Assembly: GCA_012295275.1 (NCBI GenBank) | Contig: CM022673.1 | Coordinates: 18,724,001 to 18,788,000, forward strand | DNA from: Chrysomallon squamiferum | Lineage: Eukaryota > Animalia > Mollusca | Direction: 5' to 3' | DNA: 64,000 bases | Shown: positions 29,706 to 41,846 of the stretch, piece after piece | How positions within the stretch are numbered: the first letter of the stretch is position 1 | Layout of the letters: every line of letters begins with the position of its first letter | Notes under the pieces: generated by a model | The model's input: the letters and a program-made list of their open reading frames with translations, nothing else | The model's database searches: none | What the model was told of the DNA's origin: nothing | Made by a program: the position numbers and the translations under genes

Positions 29706-30729
29706 ACAGTAGTATTAAAACTATTATTATTATTATTATCATTTATTTTTAATTTTTTAATTTTTTTCAGATAGCTGACAAATAAAACATGTAACAATTT
29801 CGATGGATAACACTTAGTTACCAGAAAGATTATTTTGTCAAAAGACGTCATGTTTTACATAATATATGTTTTGATATCACGTCAGCAGGTTTGTAAGCAA
29901 TTTTATAAATGTTGCAACATTTTCGTGCACAAGACATGTATGTATGTGTTTATTTATAATGTATTTTGTTTAGGGTAAAAAACTGGTTACCGACTTAAGT
30001 TATCGGCATTTGTGTGTAAAGATAAAAATGACCCGGTTCACGAAGGATATGCCGAGCTATACTGGGCTATTGTGAGCAGGACAAAGCTTCTGTTTTTTTG
30101 TTTTTTTTAAAGACAGTAACCAGATATTTCTTTTATCTGCAATCGTAAATAATACAATAAATAAACGAAATTAGAAGCTTTATTTCTCACGTTCACCGCT
30201 CTTGACAGATTCACACATATTTATTTATAACAAAATAGCTGTTCAATAACAACAGTTTATTTGTTATGTTTTTAATGAAACTTTTATGATTTAAACCAGA
30301 TATTATACACTAACTATCATCAAAAGCATAACAAGTAATTTATCGAAGTAAATACAGTTCCGTCACAAAACGTTATTCGTGTATTTTTGGTCAGTGCAGC
30401 AAAAACCTGAAATTTATCTAGTCATCACTGACCAAAAATATATGTATTACTTTATATATATATATATATATATAGTGTCTGTATACATGCATTTGTATGT
30501 ATGTTAGCTAAATGTTTTTCTAAGTGTTTGCATGTATATGAGTTTATGTGTCTGCCTTAAATTAAAATGGATAGAAAACAGAAAAACAACGCCGCATAAT
30601 CGCTTTTTGTTTCATGGGATAATTTTGGTTAAAATTACAAATAAATAAATAAATAAAAATTAATAACAATTTTTATTTAAATACTTTAATTAACCTCTCT
30701 ACATACAATTATATAATTCTTTGTTTATA

Positions 30730-31458
30730 CAGTAGTGCTCCAACTTACGAGACTTCCAGTTACGTGCAGTCACCGGTCGATTTTTTGCTTTGAGTTGCGT
30801 GCCAAAATCCGAGTTACCAGCGAGCTTCAGATACGCCGCCGCTAGTTGGCGCAACGAACAACAAAACATCCGCCCAGCATCCCGCGTCTCTCTTGTTTGC
30901 TTCATGTGATTATTTCGCCGTGGAAGCATCTCTGTTGTGTTGTGCTCGGGTTTCGGGCAGCTTTTTTGCCAAATTTCCATGGATCCATGACCTTGGATCC
31001 TAAGAAAATGAGTGCAAAGGATAGTGCTGAGAAGAAGAAGCGGATGATGTTCACTGAATTAAAGCATGAAATCATAGAAAAACATGGCTAGGCATTATGA
31101 GTATAGTAGTTTTACGATATGTACCATTCTGAAGCAGAAGGAGTCGATAAAGGCTATAACTCTAACCAAAGGCGTCAAAATAATTTCTAAGCTGCGGACC
31201 TCGGTCCATGAAATGATGGAGAAACCCTAACCCTGTACACTTTACAAAACCAATTTATTTCTTTTCATTCTCTTTTATTTTGTTTTTATTCAATATTTGT
31301 CATCTATGCATACATTTTTTTATTATTATTTGGGGTGCTGGAATGGATTAATAGTATTTCAATTAATTTCATTTGGTAAAATAGATTTGATATACGAGCA
31401 AATTGAGTTACGTGCTCGGTCACGGAACGAATTAAACTCGTAAGACGAGGTACCGCTG
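30730..31458 (+). mobile_element. Internally deleted Tigger/pogo-like (Tc1-mariner superfamily) DNA transposon
   Basis: TA|CAGTAGTGCTCCAACTTACGAG ... CTCGTAAGACGAGGTACCGCTG|TA gives degenerate TIRs and a TA duplication. Broken N-terminal transposase remnant PKKMSAKDSAEKKKRMMFTELKHEIIEKHG...TICTILKQKESIKA...IISKLRTSVHEMMEK resembles a CENP-B-type HTH. Confidence 0.78.
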
Positions 31459-31597
31459 TATATATATGGTATCTTTATATATGCATTTGAACCTACGTGA
31501 CTGTATGTGTATATGTGTTTGTTTCTGTGTGTTTGCATATATATGAGTTTATATGTATGCCTGTGCGCACATTTGTATTTTGTTTCGTGCACATATG

Positions 31598-31635
<38 letters not shown>

Positions 31636-31964
31636 TTTCAGCGTTTGTGAGCTTTTGTATGTTGATTGCATATGTAACTTTTATTTTGGGAAGAATTTAA
31701 AGTTTACAGTTTGAATGCAGGTGACAACTACACGAAACCAAAGTAAAATAATATTCACATTTTTATATAAAAATTAAAAATTGTTGTTTGCTTGTTGGTT
31801 TGTTTGTTTGTTTGTTTGTTTGTTTTAATTTGTTCAAATACTGTAGTGGCAGACTTTACTCCAAAACGAGTTAGTAACGACGTATGTAGCTGATGCTGAA
31901 CAAAAAATTATATAATGATATCTGGTCAGGTTGTTTAGATTTGTTAATTAATGTATTTGAAACA

Positions 31965-32014
<50 letters not shown>

Positions 32015-32161
32015 TTAGTTATTTTAACAAAAAGTATCCTATCAGACAAGGAGGGATTTTGCGGCCTTGTTCGCCTATTTTCTATCATTTTAATCTAAGT
32101 GTAAGTAAGCAATGCAATCAGAACACGTTTATCTTTCTCTCGTATTTTCTTAGATCTGAAC

Positions 32162-32518
32162 ATGGGAGGTTCTGGATCAAAATCCGAAAAGGATAAAAAC
32201 TCTAGCGACTCATCTCAGATTGAAGAAGCTCACCATCACCATAATCATAGAAAACGTCGTCAGAGTACTGTGTCCACAGGCTGTGAAAATAAAAAACATT
32301 CACAGTGTCAAGAAAGTGGTTCAAAGATGCACGAACGACGTCTAAGTCAATCAAAAAGTCACGAGCGGCACGGAAGTACGCCAAAAATTAGCGAACGACG
32401 TGCAAGTCAGTCAAAAAGTCACGAACGACGTGCAAGTCAGTCAAAAAGTCACGAACGACGTGCAAGTCAGTCAAAAAGTCACGAACGACGTGCAAGTATT
32501 TCTAAGAATAAAACATGA
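32162..32518 (+). CDS. Small basic Ser/Arg/His-rich protein (118 aa) with predicted N-myristoylation motif and RRxS repeats
   Basis: Intact ORF with markedly higher GC than its flanks. Starts MGGSGSK in context AACATGG, 8 nt after an acceptor-like ttttcttag. Contains a 30-bp tandem unit encoding HERRASQSKS. AATAAA signals downstream. Confidence 0.62.
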   Translation: MGGSGSKSEKDKNSSDSSQIEEAHHHHNHRKRRQSTVSTGCENKKHSQCQESGSKMHERRLSQSKSHERHGSTPKISERRASQSKSHERRASQSKSHERRASQSKSHERRASISKNKT

Positions 32519-33083
32519 AAGTTCGTCAAAGAATCATGGACAAAATAAAAATATAGCGAGCCCTTCATCTTTTAAGTGTTTATTAACTAATAGTGATGTT
32601 TTTGTCTCATAGGCACAGAGATAAACAAAGCAAATAAAGACGCGTTTATTATACGATACTAACATGTTGTGATGCACGACAGTCCTTTAGCAATGGTTAT
32701 CGTGTGAGATTATTTTATGTGAATAATAGTTTATGGTTACGGTGTGACATAACCGTAAAAGAGGAAATAACGTATTTTTAAATTCAGTTTTTTCATTTGT
32801 TTGTTTGTTTATTTTTATTTTACTTCATAAGAAAGTTATTTGTTTTAAAATAAGTCTTCGTGATTGTGTTATCTTCTTCTATCTTTTTCTCTTAATCTTT
32901 GTTAAATATAGATTTTATGATGCATATGTATCTGTTGTTTACTAACATATCATTTAAAAATATGTAAAATATTTCTACATATATCTTTGTTAAATACAAA
33001 TTTTTAAAATTATGTTGTTAATTTTCTTGTTGTAAATATGATATCCTATGTTTTGAATTTTTCATATGATAAAACATTAGTAG

Positions 33084-33145
<62 letters not shown>

Positions 33146-35296
33146 TACTATTATAATTATTACTATTATTATTATATTAGCATTCAAATTAGTTGTAGAT
33201 ATCTTTGCTTTTTGTCTGTTTGCTTTTTAATGTGATAAATATCCTTACTAAATGTTTTAGAGATCTTCATTTTATGCGTTAATTTCTATGCAAATCGATT
33301 TTAGAAATCGTCATTATTATCTATTATCATTTTAGTTATATTAATTTTAATCTTTCCACATCATGTTATGTTCAACTTTGATATTTTAATTTGACATATA
33401 TTCAGTTTACAACTCAATAAATAATCCTCACAGATCTTCTGATTCATTATTATTTATTATTTCAAGTTTTGTGGTTAGAATGGTTGCAAAGAGTACTGAT
33501 CTTTTGAAAAGGCAGAGAATATTCCAGACGATTGTTATAAAATTAGCACACATATCACACTGAATATTATAACTGAATATTATAACTGAATATTATAAGA
33601 AATATAACAGTCGCTGTTAATTTTTGTTCTGTCGTGATGTCATCTGTTTGTTTCCTTTTTATTCTCTCTTTCTTTTATTATATTTTTGTTATTTCTTATT
33701 TATTTATTTATAAATAAATAAATAAATAAGTTTAAAAAAAAAAAAAATTCAGATTCATACATTTATGATACATTTATTTTAAAACTTGCCGTATCAAGTC
33801 GCAGTACATCATGTAAAAAGCTCTGTTTAATAAAAAGTTCCTTGTCTCTTTCCTTTCTTATTTTTATTTTTTCATGGTTATTTGTTACCAGAAGTGAAAA
33901 AAGAAATTATCGATCTCAGTGCATCCTAACTGCTCATCACAGTAATGTTGTCATTATCATTAGCAAATACTTTTCTCCAAAGCAAATATATTAGCAACTT
34001 ATGGGTATGCTATCTGGCTGAACGAATCAAAAAACAAAAAGACAAATTATTATATTCTGAACATTATATACTGAACGACTTTACTTGATAGAAATAATGA
34101 AACTGTAATAATAAACAAATACCTTAATTGTCTTGAAAAGTCTAGATTTTTTTTTATACATAAAGAACTGACAAAACAATCATTTGAACTGTTTTAAAAT
34201 AAATTTAAAACCAAAGCGAGTAGACTGAGAAGCTGGTTTGTTCAAAGTGACTTATCATTAACAAAAGTAACCAGCTTCCTGAAACGATTTTTGAGAAAAA
34301 CAATAATCGAGAAACTAAAAGATATTTTAAAAAAAATCCATCTGAAACTGACAAAATTAAAATATTTTTAAAATATCTATTGTTATTACTTATAGAGATA
34401 TAAAATATATATATATATTACCAATTATTATTTTTAAAAATAATAATAATAATTAATAAAAAAAAACTTCAGGAGGTATGACAAATAAACATTGTAATGC
34501 TCTGGCTATTAATTTTTATTTTCGTTTGAGTAAAATTTAAAAATGTTCATACTTTATTTCAGTTTTAAAATAACATTTGTAGAAACTAGCTAATATTATA
34601 TTATTAAAACAAATCCTAAATTAAACAGCTTCTTTTCACCTATTATTAATCACAACGTCTTCCAAATCCTCCGTGGAGCCACCGTGTCCTCCTGAGTCGA
34701 CAGAACAGTAGCTTAAAAACAACAAATCTCAGCAGTGCAATCAGGTAATACTTTCTGCAGAAATGAACTTTACCTTCCAAACAAATATATATATATATAA
34801 CGAAATATATCAGCATAATCATGCTGGCCAGTATGGATCTGTCCTGATTATTTAGTTTATCAATCATATATATATATATATGTATATGTCTCGAAGTGAA
34901 TGACACTTTTATACGTGTGCAAACCTGCGACGTCCTGCTGATTATTAAGTCGCTAACTAGTGACTTTGATATGCACTCGTTGAGGAAATAATCAAGAATT
35001 TGGAATATGTCCCATGATTTTTTATACTGAAATAATATATGTAAATACATGCAAGCAAATAAATAAATAAATACAAAAATACAAAAAAAGATTTTTTTTT
35101 TTTTTTTATTCGTGAAATGCAGGATTCTTTTCTTTCTATCTGAGAATGATTTTGTTTTATTTATGGCGTCAAATAATTATTTTTTTAAATATTATGCCCC
35201 ACAGTGTTTATTAAATATTGTTCCCTTATGCGACAGTTAGTTCCTGTTTTTAATACTCAGACATGACAAGAACATTAACTAAGTTATTATGTTGAT

Positions 35297-35362
35297 GTAA
35301 TCACCACATGCAGTTCATGTTCCATGCTGTGCTGGCATTTTTCAGTTCTATAAAAGAAGAAA
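35297..35362 (+). promoter_or_regulatory. TATA-box promoter of Gly/His-rich gene 2
   Basis: TATAAAAGAAGAAA at 35349, 57 nt before the ATG, with the same upstream blocks as gene 1 at nearly the same spacing. Confidence 0.75.
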
Positions 35363-35405
35363 TTTTTGATAACTTTTCATTAACATGTTTGTTATCTGCA
35401 TAAGA

Positions 35406-35984
35406 ATGAAATACTTCAGCCTTATCACATTAGCCATCATGGGTAAATATATTTTATTTTATTTGATCAAGTTTGCTTATTTCATTTTAATTATTTTTTA
35501 TTATCCTTCACTAAACTATAACAACTCACTATAAGGAAATATATAAACATTAGTAAGACATAAACGGAATATAAATTTAATTGTTATTTTGTAGCTATTC
35601 TTCTTCTGGAAATGGTTTGTGGCCATTGGGGCCATGGAGGTCACGGAGGACACGGACACGGGGGACACGGACACGGGGGACACGGAGGACACGGAGGACA
35701 CGGACACGGAGAACACGGAGGACACGGAGGACACGGGGGGACACGGGGGACACGGGGGTCACGGAGGACACGGACACGGAGGACACGGAGGACACGGACA
35801 CGGAGGACACGGACACGGAGGACACGGACACGGGGGACACGAACACGGAGGACACGGACACGGAGGACACGGACACGGACACGGGGGACACGGACACGGA
35901 GGACACGGACACGGAGGACACGGACACGGAGGACATGGTGGCTCCGGACATTGGGGACACGGTGCTCATGGGCATCATGGTTAA
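35406..35984 (+). CDS. Secreted Gly/His-rich repeat protein 2, join(35406..35442,35595..35984), with a 1-nt frameshift in a G run at 35735-35740 (about 141 aa if corrected)
   Basis: MKYFSLITLAIM(A)|gtaaat, then ttttgtag|ILLLEMVCG-HWGHGGHGGHGHGG...; the GGH/GH repeat resumes in another frame to ...GSGHWGHGAHGHHG*. G6 replaces the usual G5 at the switch. AATAAA at 36285. Confidence 0.85.
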
Positions 35985-36893
35985 CCAAAGGTAAAAAAAA
36001 TTATTAAAGTAAAATGAAAGAAAAAAACTAATAAAGAATTATTACAAATGTTACTTAAAGTATATGTTGTGCCTATATGTATATATATATGATTTAATTA
36101 TTTAATGCTATAATAAAAATAATAATAATAACAACAACAACAATAATAATAACAATAATAAATTATCATTAAACTATTATTTTGTGTTATTGTTATTTTC
36201 AGAAGAAAAAAAGATTGTTTTCATATGAAGCTGGTCTTCAAGTAAAAATCAAATTTACTCTTTATGTCTGTTTTGTCTGTTGTCAATAAAGCTTTTAAAC
36301 TTATCTTGTCCTTTTCAATTTTTCGTTCTGCTCACTTTTTCATCAGAACTCCCTTACATTTGTTCGCTCGATCTCGAAACAAAACATTACTTACGATAAA
36401 CAAAAGACTTTTCCAAAAACAGTCACACTTATGCAAAGCAATTAAGTAATGATACAGAAAAATATATAGAAGTTGCAAATGTACTTGACTGTCAAGTGAT
36501 TTAAAAAAAAAAATAATGATTGTGTTGCTGCATAATAAATCTATTCATAGTTCTGATTTCACCTTGTATCTGTAGCAATTCGAGTGGTATATAAACAATA
36601 CATACACGCACATACACATATACACACATATATACTTTTTTCAAGTTTATGTTTCATTGTTTTAAGCAACTTATCATCATTGGTATGAAAGGTAACTTTT
36701 ATATAACATTTAAGTGAGTCCGTTTCTGATCGACAGCTGTTCTGCATCAGAGCGAACTAGTCCATCGGACTCTAGATGACATTACGATCCATTTAATGGC
36801 GACCCCAAGTTATTTTTTAACTGCACGCTTTTGTTTTTATACTTCATTAGTAATTAATTAAAAAATAAAAATAAAAAATATATAACTTTGCAT

Positions 36894-37817
36894 GGTTTCG
36901 TGCCTTTTGGTCGAATTCCTATATTGTCGAATTGCCATGAGGTCGAAATAACTCATCTACCTAGATACTTGATTACCTGGGTATGTAAGGAACATGGCCT
37001 CTTCGTATTCACACAAGTTTTGATTATAGACTGACAATGGTTTATTTACCAATGTACATACATCTGTTTATCTGTTTATGTAATGAACATGGCCTGTTCA
37101 TAGTTTTTCACAGTTCTTCCATGGCCTTTTGTGAATAAAACTCTGTTTATATAACTATTCATTAGAGGCGGATAATGGTTTATTTACCAATATATGTTCT
37201 CCATAGCCTCTTGAGTATATAAGAAGATGTTTTTGAAAAACAAAACAATCACACTTACCAGTCAGAGAATGGCTGGTTTACACGAGGTAGAATTTGAGCA
37301 GTCAAATCATGGAATACAACAAATTTTGTTAAATGGTTTATACGTACAGTCAAAATTGCCTTAACGAAGAAACCACATAAAGGAAATGCACAAGTCGACC
37401 CTCTGTCGGCAAGATCACCAAAGTTGCTGATTTTGTTAGAAACAGCTTTGGTCATGACCATCCTCCAAACAATGAAACCAAGTTCGTAAGTACTCTGAGA
37501 AAGACACCCTGCAGTACCTGGACAACACTGGTCACCTCATAAAGCTGCAGTGATTGCTTTTTGTGAAATAAACATTTTTAGATGGAGACCTTTTGTTTTA
37601 ATTATTTACAGACATTCAGTACATGGATTATTTCGTTATTTGTCATATTTACAGTATTTATGCGATAAGCGATATCCATACCATCTATGTAATAATAATC
37701 GCTTTCCAAATAATCTGGAACAGTTCATTTTAATGACTGAGGTAGCAACATGAACTATATTTGTTGTTGTTTTAGCAGTTCGGACAAAATGGAAATTCGA
37801 CCTTATGGGAGTAAGCC
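36894..37817 (+). mobile_element. Decayed Mutator-like (MULE) DNA transposon remnant
   Basis: About 40-bp imperfect TIRs: GGTTTCGTGCCTTTTGGTCGAATTCCTATATTGTCGAATTGC versus reverse-complemented right end GGCTTACTCCCATAAGGTCGAATTTCCATTTTGTCCGAACTGC. Flanks CTTTGCAT/GTTTGCAT look like an 8-bp TSD. Internal LQYLDNTGHLIKLQ* resembles MULE transposase C-termini; the family call is tentative. Confidence 0.55.
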
Positions 37818-38058
37818 GTTTGCATTATGCAGAATATATTTTAAACCATGTCTTACTAATGTACATCGCCCAAATAAAACATTAATCTGCTTAGAATATG
37901 AGGGTCACTTTGGAATGAACGAAAATGATAGAAATGAAGATTTCTAACTGAAACAGTTGATAGGTAGAACATCTGGAAAATAATTTCTATCAAAATAATA
38001 ATAATAAAAATAATAATTTAAATTTAAATTTACTTTAACTTGATTATATATTTCCAGG

Positions 38059-38198
<140 letters not shown>

Positions 38199-39319
38199 AA
38201 TTAAAAAGCAATAATGTTAGTTACTCTCTTTTTGTCATTTCTTATTCATCTGAAAAAAAAATGTTCTTCATCATTCTCGCGCAACAATATAGTTTAATAC
38301 AGATTTAGATTTTAAAAAAGTACATATATATTAAGGTTATATTAAGAAAATTAATAAATATTCAGTTCAGCTCAGAAATATTGATATGATAAAAACGATG
38401 CACTGGAGACAGGATAACAGTCGATCTGTCCATAAACGCGTTCAAGCTTCTCTTCATTTGTTAGACGGAATCAGTAATATGGCGACGTGTGTCATGTTAA
38501 TTAATAACATCTACAAATAAAAGCAGCATCCAGCAGACTTCCTCTATTATTGAAGAAACAAAGTTGTCATGTACAAGATGCCAGACCCAGTAAAGTGTTT
38601 ACATCAAGACTGTTCAGAGTTTTCTACTTCATTGCATCTGAATTACAATTTCTGCAAAGCCAGACCTGACTTACCTGAAATTTCCTCTATACAGAAAGTT
38701 TAACAAATAAGATAATTAGAGTAACGATCTAAACATTAGTATGATCATCATTTTACCTTTAAAGATAATCTGTGAAAATAATAAATACAAACTTGTGCCA
38801 GACTGAAACATCATTAATAGCAAAAGCTGGTATGAAGAGGCACAGTCGTATTCAGACTACATGTACCTATCGCTACATGCAAACATTAATCAGCAATAGA
38901 GAATGGAACATAAAATATTTTTCTTTATACTTCTGTGAAATTTCATCAGTATGATTTTTTTTCTAAAGAAGTCATACTCAGAGTGCACAGCTTTATCGGT
39001 TCCGAAATTTTTTTCAGTGGACTACAAATATCAACATGTTAGAGTGGACTACAAATATCAACATGTTAGACATTTCAATGTTAGACATTTCAATGCGGCT
39101 GCAAAGTGGCTAAAACGTAAAATATGTAAAAATTGTTTCTTTTGTACATCACTTCTTCTTTCTTTTCTTTTCTTTTCCTTTTTCTTTCTTTTTCTATAAC
39201 AGAAAATTCTTTTGTATTCACTGGGTTTTTTTTTTTTTTGTGTGGGTGTTTTTTAAATTACAGGGGTCATGGCGGCCACAGACATGATGGTTAATAAACG
39301 GTATTTATTTCATTTAATT

Positions 39320-39430
<111 letters not shown>

Positions 39431-39609
39431 TAAATTTGGTCTTTTATGCATATATCATATTTTTGAAGATTGATTAGTCGTGTTTTTACTGATTTTTAAT
39501 GTAGTGATTATATCAAATGTTGTGACTACGTTTTATTTTGCATTTTAAATTAAAATGGGAGCACACTGATATAGCTAGATAGATAAATATATATTTATTT
39601 CATTTAATT

Positions 39610-39689
<80 letters not shown>

Positions 39690-41059
39690 AAACTAAAATG
39701 TAGTAATTTAACTATTTTACATAAAAGATTTAATTCAGTATATTCTTTTACAGATGATCTTTTCATATATTTTCATGTTTGTAATTTGTATCGAACGCAT
39801 GGAGCTGGTTCACTGATTCATTTGTACTGACTTATTAGATTTATCATCTGTAACACGATAAGAAAAAAAAAAAATAATAATAAAGTATTTCAATACACGT
39901 AGATTATATTTTCTCGGTTATGTTCTTTTATTTCTTTTATTTTTTCATTATTATTAAAGTAAAAGTAGTAACTGTTTTATGTAAACAAGAAGTCGTTTTG
40001 TATACTGCAAAATAAACAACCTTCAGACTTCCTACATTATAAAACAACATTTTGCTAATAATATTATTTATATTTACACACTTGTTTCGGTTGTTTTGTT
40101 CTTCATTTATCTTTTTTATCTTTTTATTTTTATTTTTTTTATTTTTTATTTTTTTCATTTTTTTTTTCATTTATATCTATTTCTTTCTATCTTTTCTACC
40201 TGGGTCAGTGGGTCCGTTTATTTATTTGACTTCAGTATATATATATATATGTCAAATAGGAACATTAAATATTGCTCGGAGATATGGAGTGAGGGTTTTA
40301 GGTCGTCACCAGAGTTGTCAGATCTACATCTGGCATCCTTCCACCTCCGTTATAACTCGAGGCAAAAGTGAACATACTTTACATTGGTTGAGTACAGTTA
40401 GTTAATGCACCTGACATATTAATATTTTAATGTTTTGAAGAATGACGTTGTTAAATTCCTATATGAAGTAAAATAAAATTTAAAAATTTTAAAAATCTAC
40501 TTTTCAGAATAGTATTATGTTAAATGACAAGTGAAAGGATACATCAGTAATATCTGCAGTTTTATTTTTTATTTCGCGATTAAATGAGAAAAACTAGGTA
40601 AACTATTCGCTCTCAGCCATTGATAAAAGATAGTTACCTAATTATGCTGGTTCCAAGTAAATATAATGAGATTATCAGTTGCAACATATAACTCTGAAAC
40701 ATTTGTAAAGTTAATACTAATTAAGTTCTGTAAAAAAAAAATTATATAGAAATTTCATTAAGGACCTTATTTCTTTAGAAATTAGCATGCAGAGAAAACT
40801 GACAGATGACTAAATATTAACATACAGCACTATTAAAACAAACTGGTTCGTTAAAAATGCTGATCAGTTTATTTTAAATATCATACAGGTTTATTTAAAT
40901 TAATTTTTTTCTGATATGTCCTTGCATGGCTGTGTCTGTGTATGTTTCAAGCTGTACGTTCTAAATACTCTATCTCCTTTTCATTCTTTCTCTCTATCTT
41001 TATTTTTCAGGTGGTAAATTTCAAAGATATTCTAAAATATATAATTAATAAGAGGTCTT

Positions 41060-41151
<92 letters not shown>

Positions 41152-41572
41152 AAATAGCTTCTTTCATCTTGTTTGTTCAGCGATATTGGTCATAGCACTA
41201 TCCCTGTTTCTACGTCATAGGCTAAATATCAGTCTTTCTCATTCGGGTTTATTTCTTAGGACGGGGAGTATCTCATGACTGATATTCTGTTACTGAATCA
41301 TGTAAACATTAATATCCAGTGGGCAAATTGGGTTCGGCTCGATTAGTTGATGTCATGAACGTTTTAAATATCGGTTAATTACTAGATGTTATTGGTCAAG
41401 GTGAAAAAAAATGATATAAACTTTCTCCGGTCATTTGTAAAACGTTTTCTTATTTTCTTTTCTAAAGCAGAGACTTTTTATAGACACAAAACTAACAAAT
41501 ATTTTTCTCAAGTCTACCAGGAGCCTTGACAGATTTCTTGAAAGGATTTGAACCATTTTTCTATCTCTCGCC

Positions 41573-41638
41573 TATAAAAACCAAAATTTAAGGAAAACAG
41601 TTACTTTACCTTACGCATTCGCTGTTTTATATTTCTGG
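41573..41638 (+). promoter_or_regulatory. TATA box and non-coding first exon of galaxin-like gene A
   Basis: TATAAAA at 41573, donor TGG|gtaagt at 41639, acceptor ttttccag| at 41828, 18 nt before the ATG. Confidence 0.68.
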
Positions 41639-41846
41639 GTAAGTTGTTTTATTAATATATTTTTATTTCATTCATTTGTTAGTTAAGTCATTATTGTTAT
41701 CATTATAATCACCATCATTATCATCATCAACATCATCATCATCCGCATTGTCATCATTATGATGATTAAAAGTAGTAGTTGTTATAGTTGTAGTGTAGTA
41801 AAAGTTAAAGTAATGATTTTTTTTCCAGGTCATAACACTGAAGGTC

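Noticed and set aside
35581-35994. Asp/Thr-rich, Val/Ser-rich and Arg/Val/Pro/Cys-rich ORFs over Gly/His gene 2
   Set aside because: Alternative frames of the GGACAC array; only the GGH frame joins the signal exon and the conserved stop.
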